The position numbers were made by a program, and so were the translations under genes. Positions 1 through 14,519 of a stretch of 64,000 nucleotides of DNA are shown piece after piece. This DNA comes from the human T2T-CHM13v2.0 reference genome, Homo sapiens. Below the pieces are notes generated by a model that had not been told where the DNA came from, did no database searches, and saw nothing but the letters and a program-made list of their open reading frames with translations. The stretch is from assembly GCF_009914755.1 (NCBI RefSeq), contig NC_060937.1. One strand, given 5' to 3'. Position 1 is the first letter of the stretch, and each line of letters starts with the position of its first letter.

Positions 1-339
1 ATTACCATCTCCTTTATAAAATGAAAAATTATGCTCAGACTATTTCTCCATGAGAAATTACAATTCCTGTGCAACAGATTGCGACTTAAGCCATTACATT
101 GGTTCTTTATGAAGTCTGCGCAGAAAGGAATTGGAACCCCTTAGAAACCCCATCAAGAGTAGCTCAGGTCTTCCATATCCTTTTTTTTAGCTCTGGAATA
201 ACCTGGCTTTTTCTTGGTGATTTTGTGATAAATAATGGGAATATTTGCAAAATATGTTGTGATAAACAACAAAAGCTTGGCTTTGCTGTAAATAATTGCT
301 TAAAGAAATACGAGTTTAGGTAGAACTAATTTAAGATAA

Positions 340-1450
340 AATAAATAATAAGAAAACATAGGCTAATATTTATGTAATCCCTTTATGGGAAAAGACTTTC
401 TAAAATAATAAGCAAAGAAAGGAGCCACAAAAGAGAAAACTAGCAGATTTGCTTGCATAATAAGACTTTTAAAATCTTTATATATCTTTATGCATTTAAA
501 ACTACATTGATAAAGTCAAAACAATAAAAAAAGGAAAAGGATTTTCACCAAACCTAAGGGTGTGGGGTTACTCTCAATGAAAGATGAAGAATTCGTGCAA
601 ATCAGTAATTGAGTGCACAGTCAGTAAGACTATACAAATAATGAGAGGAAATTGAAATGTCTGATAAACAACAACAAAAAATTCAGCTGTGTTGTTAGTA
701 ATCCCAAAAGTTTAAAACTTTAAAGAACTCACCTAATATCAAAGAATTGTATGAAATGCTAATTACTGGCAAGAATTTAGTAATTGGGCATTTCTATATA
801 TTGCTAGTAGAATAAACCGATATGCCCTATTAGAAAAATAATTTAGCAGGCCAGGTGCGGTGGCTCACGCCTGTAATCCCAGCACTTTGGGAGGCCAGGG
901 TGGGTGGATCATGAGGTCAAGAGATCCGGGCCATCTTGGCCAACATGGTGAAACCCCATCTCTACTAAAAATACAAAAATTAGCTGGGTGTGGTGGCGCA
1001 TGCCTGTAGTCCCAGCTACTCAGGAGGCTGAGGCAGGAGAATCACTTGAACCCAGGAGGCGGAGACTGTAGTGCGCCCAGATTGTGCCACTGCACTCTGG
1101 CTTGGAGACAGAGACTCTGTCTTGATAAAAAAAAAAAAAAAAAAAAAAAATAATTTAGCATTATGCATTAGAACCTTACCAAACAGTTTCAAGCATTAAG
1201 TCATTCATTGCAATGTTTTTTTTTTGCCTGCAGAAAACTAGAAATAATCAATTGATCAAGAAAATTTATAATTATGTAGTTATCAAAGGATACTCACTGA
1301 CAATTTTAGCAATAAAAGAAAATACTCATGTTAATTTTAAAAAGAATACAAAATTATATATCCAGTATGCCTAGATGTGTAAAATTCTATTTTAATTCAA
1401 AATTGCATAGAGATATACCAAAATGTGGTGATTGTTTCTGGATTTTATTC
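340..1450 (+). mobile_element. Old L1 (L1M/L1ME-like) 3' fragment, interrupted by an Alu
   Basis: A-rich, degenerate L1 ORF2 3'-end/3'UTR-like text (e.g. aaagactttctaaa...gccacaaaagagaaaactagcagatttg) on both sides of the Alu; boundaries approximate. Confidence 0.5.
849..1150 (+). mobile_element. Alu, AluS (AluSc-like), full length
   Basis: GGCCAGGTGCGGTGGCTCACGCCTGTAATCCCAGC start, A-rich linker, poly(A) tail; GAGGTCAAGAGATC resembles AluSc; TSD AAAAATAATTTAGCA at 834-848 and 1146-1160. Confidence 0.97.
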
Positions 1451-4400
1451 GTTATACTTCTTACAATTCCACTATTGTGAAGTACTTAAAGTACTATTTC
1501 TAGTAGTTTCCATTAGCATTCCCAAGCTATTTTTACATGTCAGTCTCAATTGTCTCGTTTTCATCATGGGAATTAGTGTGTGGTATATAAAATTAGTCTA
1601 TATATTATTACTACATATAGTTTATAAACTATAATGCACCTATACTATGTAATATAAACATTTTATTTTAATGTGTTAATATATTTGTACTTGTTAACTT
1701 GCATTTTGTTAGTATATGCATGAGTTGATATAAGCTGCATAATATCAGCAAATACATACTACATAATTTCAGCATATATCAATATGTATTTCAGTTATAT
1801 AAAATTTATTTCTGCCTACAAAAAAGGATTAATTACATTTGAACTTAATTCAGGGTGGTCTTAATGGCTGCTGCATTCTCCTCCATTCATAGTGACACAC
1901 CACAGCAAGTACAAGTCCTTAAACTAATGTCAAACTCACGGATTTCCGAGCCCCACTTGGGGGCTCTCATACTTCAAACAGCATGTGCCACCACAAATCT
2001 CCACTGCAGTGGGGCCTTTGGACAGGGAGGGCCCTGGCGTCCTGTGTAATGGAGTATGACTTTTATAAGGTGTTAAGAGTTGCTGTGTGAATGGACATTG
2101 TCACCCATAACTTCAGTGCTCAGATTAGCAAAATATGTTGCCTTTGAAAAAAAGAATTAAGTTGATCTCCGAGAAAGGACAAACACATGGGAGAATCAAA
2201 GGGCTCTTTCAGATTTGTAAACCTAATATCAAAGAATTCAGAAGTCTAGCCCAGCCTTACAGGTGTCCTTTGCTTTGATCATTAATTAAAATGTGACTTC
2301 TATCCAGTGTCACTGTGGGAGGACTTGACAAAACAAAGAATATCAGGTACCTGACAATTTCTTATAATGCCCTGAAAGACAGGTGTTCATTCCTGCAAAA
2401 GCTTTGAAGCTAAAAATAAAATAAAACGAAATTTAAATTAAAGGATATTCCCAAGCACATAGTAATCATCTTAATACGTACATTTCAGGGTCTCTTTTTC
2501 TCCCTGATGATGGTAGTGGTGGTGGTGGGGGCAGGGGTGTTAAAGACAGGCAAAACCTCTGGCTGGAAAGGAATGCAGAAAATGGGGTAAAGTAAAGCCT
2601 TGTAAGTCATTTGAGATCAATCGTCAGAGAATGTGTCTCAACGGTGTCATTATCAGATTAATATTTGAGTTCCAATTTAAGCTAGAATTATTTGGATAAC
2701 AAAAATCAAAAGAAAAGTTTTTACAATTTTGCCTCAGAGCAAAAGAAACGTATCGGAGGTGGGATTTTTGTGATTTTTTACCACACCTCTCAAATTCCTG
2801 CAAGCTTGTGTTGCTCTGTAGAGTCATGGATGTTGTTACCTTCACAGCCCTGTTTTGTTTTACCTTGAGTCAAAACTGGGAAAAAAAATTCTCCTAATTT
2901 ATTTTGAGTTTTAGGGGTACTGTAGACTAATCATTGCAAAATGTGATTTATTTGATAAGTCACTCTACTTTGGAACAAAGAGATGCCTCCTTGGGGATAA
3001 AAACAAACTTTTGATTAATCAGTTCCTTCTTTTTATTTTCTCATTGGCATTTCCTGGGGCCAGGTCCTCTATTGTGAGTGTACTAATACAATGTTTCTGA
3101 ACTTTGAAGAAACTTACAGGGTAGAATAATTGACAGTCTAAACTAAGAGCAGTCAGCAAATAAAAACATTCAGCAAAATACATAGACTAGAAAACTGTGT
3201 ACAGGGGTTACAAGAAAAGTGGGGCACATTCATTATACGTAGAGTTAAATAAGTGGCATAGAGCTCCAAGAAAACACTGGGGAAGGGTACAGGCAGGGAT
3301 CACATGTCTTTTAGTTAAGAAGGGATTCAAGGGCTGTGGGACTCCAGAAGTCCACAGAGAGAGAAGTTTCATGTAACAGAGTAGGCGGATGTCACAGGTG
3401 CAGGAAGCTCTCTGTAGCAAGGTGGATTGCTACCCGTGGGACTCACCTGGAACATGCTGTGGAGGGAAAAGCCATGTAGGGGCCCTGGAGGGGCTGGGGA
3501 GCGCTAGGAAGATTTAAGCAGAAGTTAAGGGCTTAGCTGAAGGAGTGCTATCATGAGATTAACATGGTCAGTAATTTTGGTGAGAAAAATTACCTTGGTC
3601 CCAGCACAGGACACCTTAGTGAAAGAACTTCCGTCAAAAGTAGAAAGCCAGAGATACAGTGGTTTGTTCAGACTTCAGCTAGGTCCGTAAAATCAGGTTG
3701 AAGATGAATATTGGCAAGGAAAAATGTTCACAATAAGCTTATACAATATTCCCATTTTTTTAAAAAAATACGTTTGTGAAGAAAAAAGGGGCCATAACAG
3801 AAAACATACTGACGAGGAAAGATGTTCACAGTATACAGATGTAATATTTCCATTTGTTAAAACCTGCATTTGCAAAGGAAAAAAAAATTCAAGCTGGAGA
3901 TTGCAGCAGTGACTACTCCTTTCTTTATTCTCTGAGCGTTGAAACTTTCTCAGCTTCTGTTTCATGATTGCTTACAGAAATTGGCTCTTTTGAACGTTAT
4001 TTTAGAGTTAAAGCGGTGAAATCTCCCATTTATGTGGGGGCATTTTTAAAGAAATGTCGTCTCTTCTGCACCCTCCTGGGACTTCCTGCACCATCACATC
4101 CCCTTTGGTTCTACTTCCTTCCATGGCTTAGTTATCGTAGGGGACTTGGGCTTGGCAGAAGCTCTAGGGCCCACACAACACCATCCCAGACCCCCAGGCC
4201 TCCTTCCACTGGCTCACACTGACATGTTGCTGCCTCTTGACCCCAGGAGTCCACAGTCCTCACCGCTTCAGAAAGCTTTGAATCAGATATTGCTGCTGAG
4301 CAGCTGTTGGTCTTGTCTGCGCTGTTCTGTCAAGCCCACCGGCGTGCAGCAAGGGCAGCCCCAGGGACAGTGGCTAGAGAGGACAGGTCTGCATTCTGCT

Positions 4401-4789
4401 TATCTCACTCTCAGCATGAAGGTTTCCAGTGGGTTTTCCCATAGTTTTTCATCTTTTTCTTTGGAAAATACTAAGTCTACTTGATCGAAGAGTGAGCAAC
4501 TGTCTTCTTCATAGAAACTTACGGAAGTCCTCAGAGTGTTTCTATTGGCCGACAATATCCTGACTTCATGCAGGGTCACAGCTCCATTCTTTGTCTGGAA
4601 CCAGATGCAACCTAGCTGCCCTTCTGTTGATCTTTCATTATAAAAACAACCATTCTGGATAACAGCATTGCTTATGGCAATGATGATAGTACTTCTTGAT
4701 ATTGTTTAACACTTAATATGCATCTGTATGCACACTATACTATACTAAAGTATGCATACTTAATATGCATACTATACCAGGAATTGTAT

Positions 4790-5334
4790 CAGTATTCCCC
4801 ACTTATCTGTGGGGATACAGTCTTAAGACCCCCCAGTGATGCTTAAAACCTCAGATAGTAATAAACCATATATACACTATGTTTTTTCCTACACATACAT
4901 ATCTATAAAATTTATTTTATAAATTAAACTCAGTAAGAGATTAATAATAACTAATAATAGAAAATCATAACAATATGCCATCATCACTACTCTTGCACTT
5001 TGGAATCATGAGTAAGTCAAATAAAGCTTGAACCTCAGCCTTGTGATACTGCGAAAGTAGATCTGATGACCAACTGGGCACAAGTGACTGATGGGTGGGT
5101 GGGTGGTGCATGCAGTGTGGATCCCTGGGACAAAGGGATTATTCACGCCCTGGATGGGGAGCAGTGGGACAGGGCAAGATTTCATCCTGCTACTCAGAAT
5201 GGGGCACAAGTTAAAACATATGACTTGTTTATTTACAGAATTTTCCATTTAATATTTTCAGACCACGGGTGACTCTGGGTAACTGAGACCTCAGGAAGTG
5301 AAACCTCAGATAAAGGTGGGTAGGGGAACTGCTG
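4790..5334 (-). mobile_element. MER44 (Tigger7-derived TcMar DNA transposon relic), inserted in a MIR
   Basis: Degenerate terminal inverted repeats (CAGTATTCCCCACTTATCTG ... CAGATAAAGG...GGGGAACTGCTG); the interior matches the MER44 consensus in reverse (e.g. TGGAAAATTCTGTAAATAAACAAGTCATATGTTTTAA). Confidence 0.85.
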
Positions 5335-5460
5335 AAGCATTTACGTCACTTTGATTTTCTAGCAATCCTGCGAAACAGGTATTTAGTGGCCATTTTACTA
5401 ATAAGAAAACTAAGCCTCAGTATTAAAGTTTACACAACTAGAAAGTGATAGATGTGAGGT
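5335..5460 (-). mobile_element. MIR fragment
   Basis: cccattttactaataagaaaactaagcctcag resembles the MIR core in reverse. Confidence 0.6.
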
Positions 5461-6194
5461 CACGTTGCTCTGTCTTCAATTTGGTTTATAGAGAAGCACA
5501 CATCTTATGAAATGCACTTTCCTTATTTCAGTAATTTTAAGAGGTACAAGATAGTGACACATAATAAGCTTTCAATAGTATATATTGAGTGGATAATAGA
5601 AGTTTCAGAAATTTCCACCTTAATTTTACAGCAAAGTCCAAAGACTGGTCTTGCCCCTCCCATGGGGGGCTGGCATGTCCTCTAGTAGAGGTGAGTGTGG
5701 AAACTTTCTATCCTTCTGAGATTGAGATTTGTGAAAATGAGGTAGGGAAGATGGGATGGCCCGTTTACTTTCCATTCCTCATTATATTTTGACTTTTTCT
5801 TCTAGAGTTGGTTTTACTAAGTGGATACCATTTGAGCACCATATTAGCCAATATCCTGGGATGATTAAAAAGATACTGTAATTGAGAAAAAAGAAGGAAT
5901 TTTTTGTATTCATTTTCTCTCATTCCTATCCTTACTATAGTTTAAATGTGGTCATCAAAGAGACACCAAAATGAAGTTCAAGAATGTACAGGAAGGCAGT
6001 GGTGTAAAATTAGTTGGAAAATAACTGTCACTAAAATGTCAGAAGTGAGTCTTAAAGTACCACTCATCCCACTGAGTCCACCAATGGGTCAAATTGAAAG
6101 AGAAACCCATCTGAGGGTGGTGGCTTTAGGAGCTCATCTTATGGGAATGAGGCTGTGTCTCAACAGTTTAGAATTATGTGATCTTGGTAATGAA

Positions 6195-6315
6195 TTATGA
6201 AGAATTGCCTTTGCAGGATTCTGCAGGTGAAGAAACTGAGTCCCACAGAGGTGGGATGACCTGGGCAAAGGTGCACAATCATGTCAGTCTGCCTTTCCAT
6301 GCACGTTATTGTGCA
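6195..6315 (-). mobile_element. MIR fragment
   Basis: tgcaggtgaagaaactgagtcccacagaggtgggatgacctgggcaaaggtgcaca, the MIR core in reverse. Confidence 0.7.
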
Positions 6316-7754
6316 CTAGTATTTTCTCTTTTTTCTTCTTATTTTTGTATTTTTTCTCTACTTTTTTGTTTTGTTTCTTGAAGAAAATTCAACACAGCCC
6401 AACAGGAAAGTTTTACCTGGCAGATCCCAGACCAGGCTGAGATTCCTCACATAGCAGGGATGCATTGCCATCCCCACAAACATTGAGAATTCTGCATTTT
6501 TATTGGCTCGTGAGGTGGCAGTGATAGCATGTAATGAATTGGTAAAATGTTTGAATGGCCTTATTTTCTTATAGCTGATGAACTCTGGGCAGGTACGTAG
6601 TTTAAGCATAGGGAAGGATTTTACATCATGACTTCCAGAGCTTTTACTGAATACAGAAAAATATTAGCATTCTTAGTTGTGTCACTGGTTTCTCCAGATA
6701 TTGTAAAATTTCCACATGTAGACAGAAACTATTGGCTTGCTTGTCTTCCTTGCAGACCAGCTACAGTGTGTATTCAACAAGTTAAAACCTGGTGGGCTTC
6801 TTAACTAGGGAAAGTGTGTACATTTATCCAAGGTGAAATAAGGTTGCCATTAATTTTCTGATTTACAGGGTGATTAAATGAAAAAAAAAAAAAAAGGATA
6901 GAAACAATTGCAAGCAGATTGGGAAAATGTTCTTTATCCTTTCCAGAATATTTCTGATTTTTATTATCATTAACATCTGAGCATTTCAATATAGGTCATA
7001 TGTTTTAACAAACAGCTTAAACTGAATACATTTTTTAAAACTCTCACTTGTGAGTATTGACTAAGTAAATTTTACTCATTGTGGTAATGGTGAGAAAGCA
7101 ACCTGGTTATGATCAAGTTGTCAGCATTTCATTCATTTAAAAACCCCAATATGGCCAGGAGACGTTTCCCTCCTCCCCACTCCCCGCTGCCCATCCTCAC
7201 TGGATTGGATTATTCTCCCTATAGAGGGAGACTCCTCAGGCATAAGCTCACATTTAGATGCTGAAAGACAATATTCTATCTAGACTATTTCTCATCTTTA
7301 CATCCAGATTTATTTTCTTCAACATTCTATATTAGTTTGAATGCCTCTGGATATATCAGCAGAACACAATCCTATAATAAATTTTGTTTTGGGAATAAAA
7401 ATATCCAACAATGCCCTTATCTTTTAAAGCTTCCCAGATTCAAATTTGATTTTTTTTTTTTAAGTTTGGGTTTAGTTAAAATAAAACGAAACAAACCACA
7501 CAGGCTTAAAAGAATCCCAGATAACTTTGGCTGATAGAACTTGTCATGCTAGAGCTGACTGTTTTGTTTTTGGCAGATAATCCTCAAGAAAAAAGCAGAG
7601 GATGGGGCACAGTGTGAGTTTACTGCTGGATGGAGTTATTTATTATTGGGGCATTTTGTTTGAAAACACAACTGTTTTTTAAGGGACAAAGGTGCATAGC
7701 TCCTTACATAATTATCTATTTTTATATCATGTTATAAATTGGAAGTATGTACCC

Positions 7755-8320
7755 CTTTTATTCATTTATTTCAAGAAATGTATATGAAATACTACTTGTT
7801 GGAAATTGTGTGATGTTCAGGAACAGTGAGGATGACTGAGACTTAGTCCGTAACCTGAAATAAAGAGATTGAAAGATAAGTGAGCTTGGTAATCAGTCAG
7901 CCAATACTCATTGAGCATGGTCTGTGCTGCCCACTCGACTAAGTTTGGGGGACATAGCAGCGAGCCAGCTGGGCATGGTCTCTGCTGTCATGAAGCTTGG
8001 GACAGAGAAGCCACCATTAAACACAGAAACAGGTGTGCTGAGTCCCAAGCAGGACAGGAACATGGCCCTGTAGGTTGGATATAGGGACATTTTGTTGGGG
8101 GAGCCAGAGAAGGGATTACTAAGGAAGAATTATTGACTCTGATTTCTGAAGTAAGAGTTATAGTCAGGGCTAAGATCAGGAGTTAGGGGGTGGTGAGTAT
8201 TTCAGGCAGAGGGAATGGCTTGCACCAGGGAAGTGAGGTGGGAAAGAGTGGGTTTATCTAGGAAGCATGGAAAGTTGGGTGTGCCCAAAGGAGTAAGAGT
8301 GAGTGAGAGAGAGAGATGGG
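7755..8320 (-). mobile_element. L2 3' fragments
   Basis: Reverse L2 3'-end motifs (ttcatttatttcaagaaatgtat; cattgagcatgg; tatttcaggcagagggaatggcttg). Confidence 0.65.
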
Positions 8321-9694
8321 GGCCTCTTTAGAGCTGAGTTCCCTCCTGGAGGGACCTGCGTCTGCAGATTGCAAATGAGCATTGCAGTCAGCTGCTGCAT
8401 TCGCTACCTAAGCAAACAAACCAACAGACCACAACATCAAGGCTCAGGATAGCTCAGTCTAAGTTCATCACCTCAAGGGATTTGGTATTATACCTCAAAG
8501 CTTTTTAGTTCATTTTACAAGCATGTACCAAAATAAAGCCAGTGCTAATGAAATACCAGCCTCTGATATCTGGCTCAGGGTTCCGCTGTTTTCAGATTTT
8601 TTTAGGTGGTCTACACTTTAGTCACATTTTGGCCCCTCTTTAGTTCTTTCAGCAAACCAGGTGTTTTGAGATTGCTCAAGCTTTTATAGACAGGGGTTGG
8701 AAAAAGTCCAGAAATGACGCACATCTCCTTGCAGGAGGTGGAAAAAGTGATAAACAAAAGTGATTATCAGTGTGTAAGAGTGAATTTGTGTGTGTGTGTC
8801 GGGGGGGGAACCTCAAAAACCAAACCCTCAGAGACGTAGGTCATTTTGGAAGTCTTTCCCAGGTTGAGCAATAGAATCTGTATCAGAGCTCAGTGTAGTA
8901 ATTAGGTTTGGGTTTATTTACAGAGGGAGATAACAATTTTGGGAAGAATCAGTGTGACTTAAGATTTTTCAGATGAAAACAGCACACCCATATATCCACA
9001 TCATCTGCAGCTATCATCTTATTTTACTCTCCTCCCATTCCCCAAAGAAAAAATAAATAAAGCACATTCTCTGGATCTTTTGGATTACATGCTAGGTATA
9101 ATTAATATGTCTGTTGAGTTTCCCACGTGGGTGGCACTGTATAACAGTTCAGGAAAAAATGTTTCTTTCAACACTTTGAACATCATCAGTCATTTGATTC
9201 AACTTTTTTTGCACGTCTTTTTTTTGAGTTTTAATAAAACATTTTAAGCACTACTGAACGTATTTGGGGGGTGATGTTGTTCACAGGTATCTCTCTTAAT
9301 TTTTCTGAACCACACATATTAGTGAGATTTGCAATGCTTAAATGTCTATAGAGTGTAATGCTCTGTCTCCTAAGCTGCAACTCTCCAAAGTAAATACATA
9401 TGCATTCTCTTGTGAAGTTTGTGCTTTCATTTGTTTGACTCATTTCATTCTTTGACTCAACCCAGAATAAGTACCCTTTACATAGTTTGGGAATTGATAG
9501 TTTCATTCATTATATTTACCTTTGCTGAGTATTTACTGGTCAGAAGTCATTGATTCTCAGGCAGTCTAGGCTATAAGATAATGCTGTTGCCACAAATTGG
9601 AAAAAAAAGGTGATGACAAACCAAATAGGCTAAAAATACAGTTCACTTGGACAGGTAAAACAAACAACCTGGAGGGTTAATGGAAAGCACGCAT

Positions 9695-9880
9695 GCTGTG
9701 GGGCTCCAGATCCTGGCTTACTCCTTATTATCTTTTTGCCCTTAAGTGAGTCATTAACCTGTGCTGAGTGTTGTTTTTTTTTTTCAACTATAAATGGATA
9801 TAATACATACTATAAAGATTGTTGAGAGGACTGGCAATATGCATATACATGACAAGGCACCTGATAAATGGCAGTTATTC
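9695..9880 (+). mobile_element. MIR
   Basis: gatcctggcttactcc...aagtgagtcattaacctgtgctgag...ctataaatggatataata...aagattgttgagagga. Confidence 0.7.
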
Positions 9881-10059
9881 TTGTCCTTAATAGTAATGAT
9901 AACATACATCATGCATGGCCAAATCTCCTCCTCCTCAGAGCTCTCACCTTCAGAGAGTGAACTAATAAGAGCATGGTAGCAAAGTATTGCCCTGAGGCCC
10001 AGCTGGACTTCAAATTAAACAAGAATTGGAGTTGGAAAGCTACTAAAATAAAAGCAAGC

Positions 10060-10317
10060 AAAATCTGGGAGCAGTAGGTGAGTTGCACAGGAAGATACAT
10101 TTAGTTGCATGTATGGATGGCTTTTCTAATGAATGGGAACATTCTAGAAAGAATGTGGCTGCCTCATGAGGCCTGTGTTCCTGGTCTAAATGATTCCCAG
10201 CAGAAGCTGATTGACATTTGGCTCACACTGATGCCAGGGAGATTTTCCCTTTGGGTGGAAATGTGGATGAATAATTTAAAATGGTTTCTCTGACTCTAAG
10301 ATTCTGTGAGTCTATGG
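10060..10317 (+). mobile_element. L3/CR1 LINE 3' end
   Basis: tggctgcctcatgagg...cagcagaagctgattgacatttgg...actctaagattctgtgagtctatg resembles the L3 terminus. Confidence 0.6.
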
Positions 10318-10469
10318 CAGGATGAATTTGTGGTGGTGGTATGGAAGGACAGGAAGACCTTTGAATCCAGCATCAGGAAGAATTACTCCCAGTGACATTT
10401 ATTCTGTTCTGAAACACTCTGTTCTCATGGATTTGGAAGAAAGTAGTAGTCGAGATTCATTTATCCTGT

Positions 10470-10640
10470 AGTTTAGAGTCACACATTCTGTAGAGTTGGC
10501 AAGGTCCACAAAAGTCATCAGATCCAACCTTGTACTCACTTTCAGAATCTCCTGATCCATCATGAAAGGTAGCATTGAGTTGGCTCAATTGCTTCCAGGG
10601 ACAGAAAACTTAGCAAGCTTGGCCTCAGAGCTCCTGAAAC
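10470..10640 (-). mobile_element. L3/CR1 (or MIR3-type) 3' end, opposite orientation to the previous copy
   Basis: agagtcacacattctgtagagttggcaaggtccacaaaagtcatcagatccaacc, the reverse of the L3 tail. Confidence 0.45.
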
Positions 10641-12504
10641 CAGTGCCCTGCAGATGCCAAGCACAACCGTACTCGATATTCCAGTCTTGTGTGTGTCATT
10701 TTGCATTTTTTGAAAATTTATATTTTCTAAAACCTTTCTGGTCTTCGTTTGTGGCTCTCACCTGCCTCTTACTTTGACCGTGTCTCTTGAACCTTTCGGG
10801 AAATGGCTGGCCTCATCAGGAGGGTTGACTAAACCTGTTAAGTGGCCTCTTGCCATTTCTTCACAAACTTCCTTACCCTTTCTCTCTCTTCTAATGGTTT
10901 TAGAATCAACAGTCCTAGCTTGGCCCTATGGACGTCCACAAAAGCATATCTTCATCTTGGGACTTTCATGTATCTCTTTAAGAACTTTAGAAGAGAGAAT
11001 GGAAATTCCTCTCTCCCTTTCTGTCTTGTCTTCCCTCTAACTTTCAATAGTTTTGCATTATATGGAAGTATACTATTGAATTACATAGTTTTGACTGTGA
11101 TGAATGAATGCATGGATGAATAAGTATTTTTTTTCAATGGGTGATACCATTTTTATTCCTCCAGGCAAATTAAAAAGAGGAGAAAAACCCCTCAATGTAC
11201 ATGTGTAAAAAGACTTCGAGATTATTTCTCAAAAGTTGTTGAAACCTTTTTTAGGTTTGGATTTGCTAAACAACAGGGTGCGAATTCAAACACAGGCAGG
11301 AACATTTCCCTGACTTCTTTAAAAAAAATGCTTTGAGATGTTATGTGATATGCACCAGCACTTCAGAAAAATCCTGCCAAGGAAGCCCTGATTGACTGCA
11401 GTGGTGTTAGGCCGCTCTCTGCTTGTCGGGTTGCCTGATTGAGAACTGGCCCTAGTAGACTGCTATGCACCAAAATAGTCTGTTCTAACGGAAGACCTCT
11501 GTTTGCCACTGGCACATAAACAGGAGAGAGGGTGAGATGCCAGCTTCGATTGTCAAATGTGGTGGGGCCTGTGGAAAGAATTAACTTCCTTGGAGTTCAC
11601 GTTTTGCAAGATTGAGCCATCCAGCACACGAGGGAAACAAGAAGAGCCACGTGGGAGTGCAAAGGCTCCAATTGCCAGCCACGTCGCTTCTAAATGTGAA
11701 CGCTCTGGTTGAGTAGGACAAGGCGGCAAGTTGAGTGAGTCTGAACATTTAGGAGAGACAGCCTGATGTGGAGGGAGAAACGGGACACCAAGGCCAAGCC
11801 AATTACCCACCCAGGCAGAGGGAAGGTGACTCGAGACCCCTGCCTGCCTTTTGGGGGGTGTTATGGGGATCAAATGAGATTATGACTACAGAATCATTTT
11901 GGGATCTTTCTTTGAATTTTAAACTAATGAAATCATATTCTTCCCTTTAGGGAGGGGATAAAATCAATAAATGAATAGTTTTCATTTTCCTAGAATGGTT
12001 CAAAATTCGGCTTGAGATTCTACCATGTTCTTTCAGTTCTCACACCTTAACTGATCTCTCACATAACTGCCCATCAAATGTATCATGCTGATCCATCCAT
12101 CCTATGCCTGGATTAAGGTCCATCAAACCCTTTAATTTGAATTCCCATTAACTTTAAAAAGATAAATTCTATAAATGTTTGTAATATCTAAAAATTTCAA
12201 GGTGCTTAGGTTACTAGAGATCACTTTGGAAAATCATATTTCCCTATCTCCTCCCAAAATACCCAAAAGATTATCTTTTCAGCTGCTGATACATCTGGCC
12301 ATGGCAGTGCATTTTGAGGATGCTAGAGCATCTCACAGACATCTCAATGATGTTAAGATCATAGGTACTGTTTTCAAATAGGGTAGCTGGTTTTCTCTAC
12401 TCCATGATTAGAGGCCATACCTTTAAACCCCCAACCAGGCAGCTGCCTAATTTGTAAGTGAATGCCTCTGCAAAGATCAGGCCATGAGAAAGAACATGAG
12501 AACA

Positions 12505-12660
12505 CAGTCATTCACTGAGCAGATGTATTGAGCCACTCTTAGGTGCCAGGCAGTCTGTTAGGTCCCTCCCCTTGCTTGGCTTAGAGACTAGAGGTAGAGA
12601 CAGGCATTCCATAAGTAACTACTAGTGTGATGAATGTCATAAGGAGAAAATGCATGGCTC
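12505..12660 (-). mobile_element. L2 3' fragment
   Basis: tcattcactgagcagatgtattgagccactcttaggtgccaggca, the reverse L2 tail. Confidence 0.65.
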
Positions 12661-14519
12661 AGTATACGTCCATCAACTGTGTTTGAAAAAGAAGCCATCA
12701 ATATCTGCATTCTTTTCATGTGTATTTATTATTAGTTATAATATGTTTACATATTAATAACCCATGCATATGCATTATTATATTGGTTATTCATAATACA
12801 TTATTTTACTTCTGTCTTCTTATAGCCCTGAGACTATTACTGTAAAGAGCAAGAATTTTGTGCTGCTCGGGGAAAGAGAGTAATCAGATACCATTTAACT
12901 CATTGGTAATTGTTGCTTATCAGTCCTCCTTTTAAAAAAAAAAAAGAAAAAAAAACGACCCTGCTGTAGCTGGGTGCTATTTTATTTTAGTCATCTTCAT
13001 CCACGGTAGACTGTGTTGAAACAATGCCAGACTGAACATTGATACCAGGTGCCTGTCCTAGCAGAATCCAATATCACACCTGCAGATAGAGTGTAAGATT
13101 ACGTCATGTGTCGTGCCCGAGCACCACAAATGACTCTATACTTCATCTCAAATAACATTATAATTTACACTTGGAGCCTTCAGACTATGTAGCCTTGGCC
13201 AAATGAAAGTTTTTGCAGCCAAACACATCAAACTCAATATATTTCACTGCGCCAGTGGGATTGTTTTTTTGAGAAAGTTGAACATAATTAAATCTATCAA
13301 TGGCATTTCAAATAAAAAGTACCTGTCTTGGATAGGTAGGCTTATAAACATTTGGCTGTCAGTTAGGAAGATGTCACAGAGTTTTGTGCTGGAAACCAAA
13401 GAAAAATGAAAGAACTCTAGTGTGTTATGTGAATTGAATAAGAGTTCACCAATGAAAGGAGGAACAATGAGATCTTTTGTTTTACAGAAATGTCATAGTT
13501 ATAAAGGTATACATTTAAACTTGGAGAATCACTTCAGGCAAAAATGAAAACCCTCCCAACTCAAACATTTTCCCAGCTCCAGGACATAATCTACAGTAAT
13601 CTCTGAACTTTTGGAAATATTGTGTGGATATTTCAACACCTACTCACCTTGTCCATTCTAATTGTCACCTTTGCACTTTGGTGCCTGATAGGCTTCTCTT
13701 AGAGAGCAGGCATCGTCACCTGCTCACACTTTGATCCACTGGCTGGAAAGCAGCTGCTCTTCTTTGTTCGGAAAACCATTGCTAATGTTTATATGAATAG
13801 AGGAAGGGAAGAATGTCCTCATTCCTGTTCTTCCCCTACCACCTTCTTCAAAGGACCAGAGGAGCTTTCCACCTGGCTATTGGGTGCCTCTGACTTTTGG
13901 GTTCATTTTATCGTTCTCATATCTATGGAATTGCCCCAGCATCTTGAATCTTTCAGACAGGCTTATTTATGTTTAAGACAGGCCAATAATCTCTGTGGTC
14001 TTGAGTCTGATTGTAGGGGAGCCAGAGATCTTTGTCACTCCAATAAAAGTAACTCCCTCTTAACTCTGCCTTTGTTTTGTAGTATTGCCATGGTAGTTGA
14101 GGACTGTCTTAGAATCCTGCATTTCCTGTGCCTTGTCGCATGGGTGCAGGATGTAGAACACAGGAAGTGAGGATGTTGATTGTAGTCTATATAGGATTGT
14201 GTAACAAGGGTTCCAGGACACTTTGAAGGGCCTGGATTATTTGGAGGAAGATTGTCCTGGGAGGAGGTTGGAAAACAACTATAGGAGAAATGTGAAAGCA
14301 CAGAATAGAAACTTGATTTTTATCACTCTTCTGTGTGCTATGACCACAAGCTACTGGGGAAACCGTTTTATTGTACAGCAATGAATACATCAGATAATAT
14401 GGAGACATGTATGTAGAGGAAGCAGCATGCATCTTCTCACCAGGTCTTTGTCATCAATTTTTAATTGAACAATGCTTTTCTATGAAATTATTTTCATTGA
14501 TCTCATATCAGGGAACAAA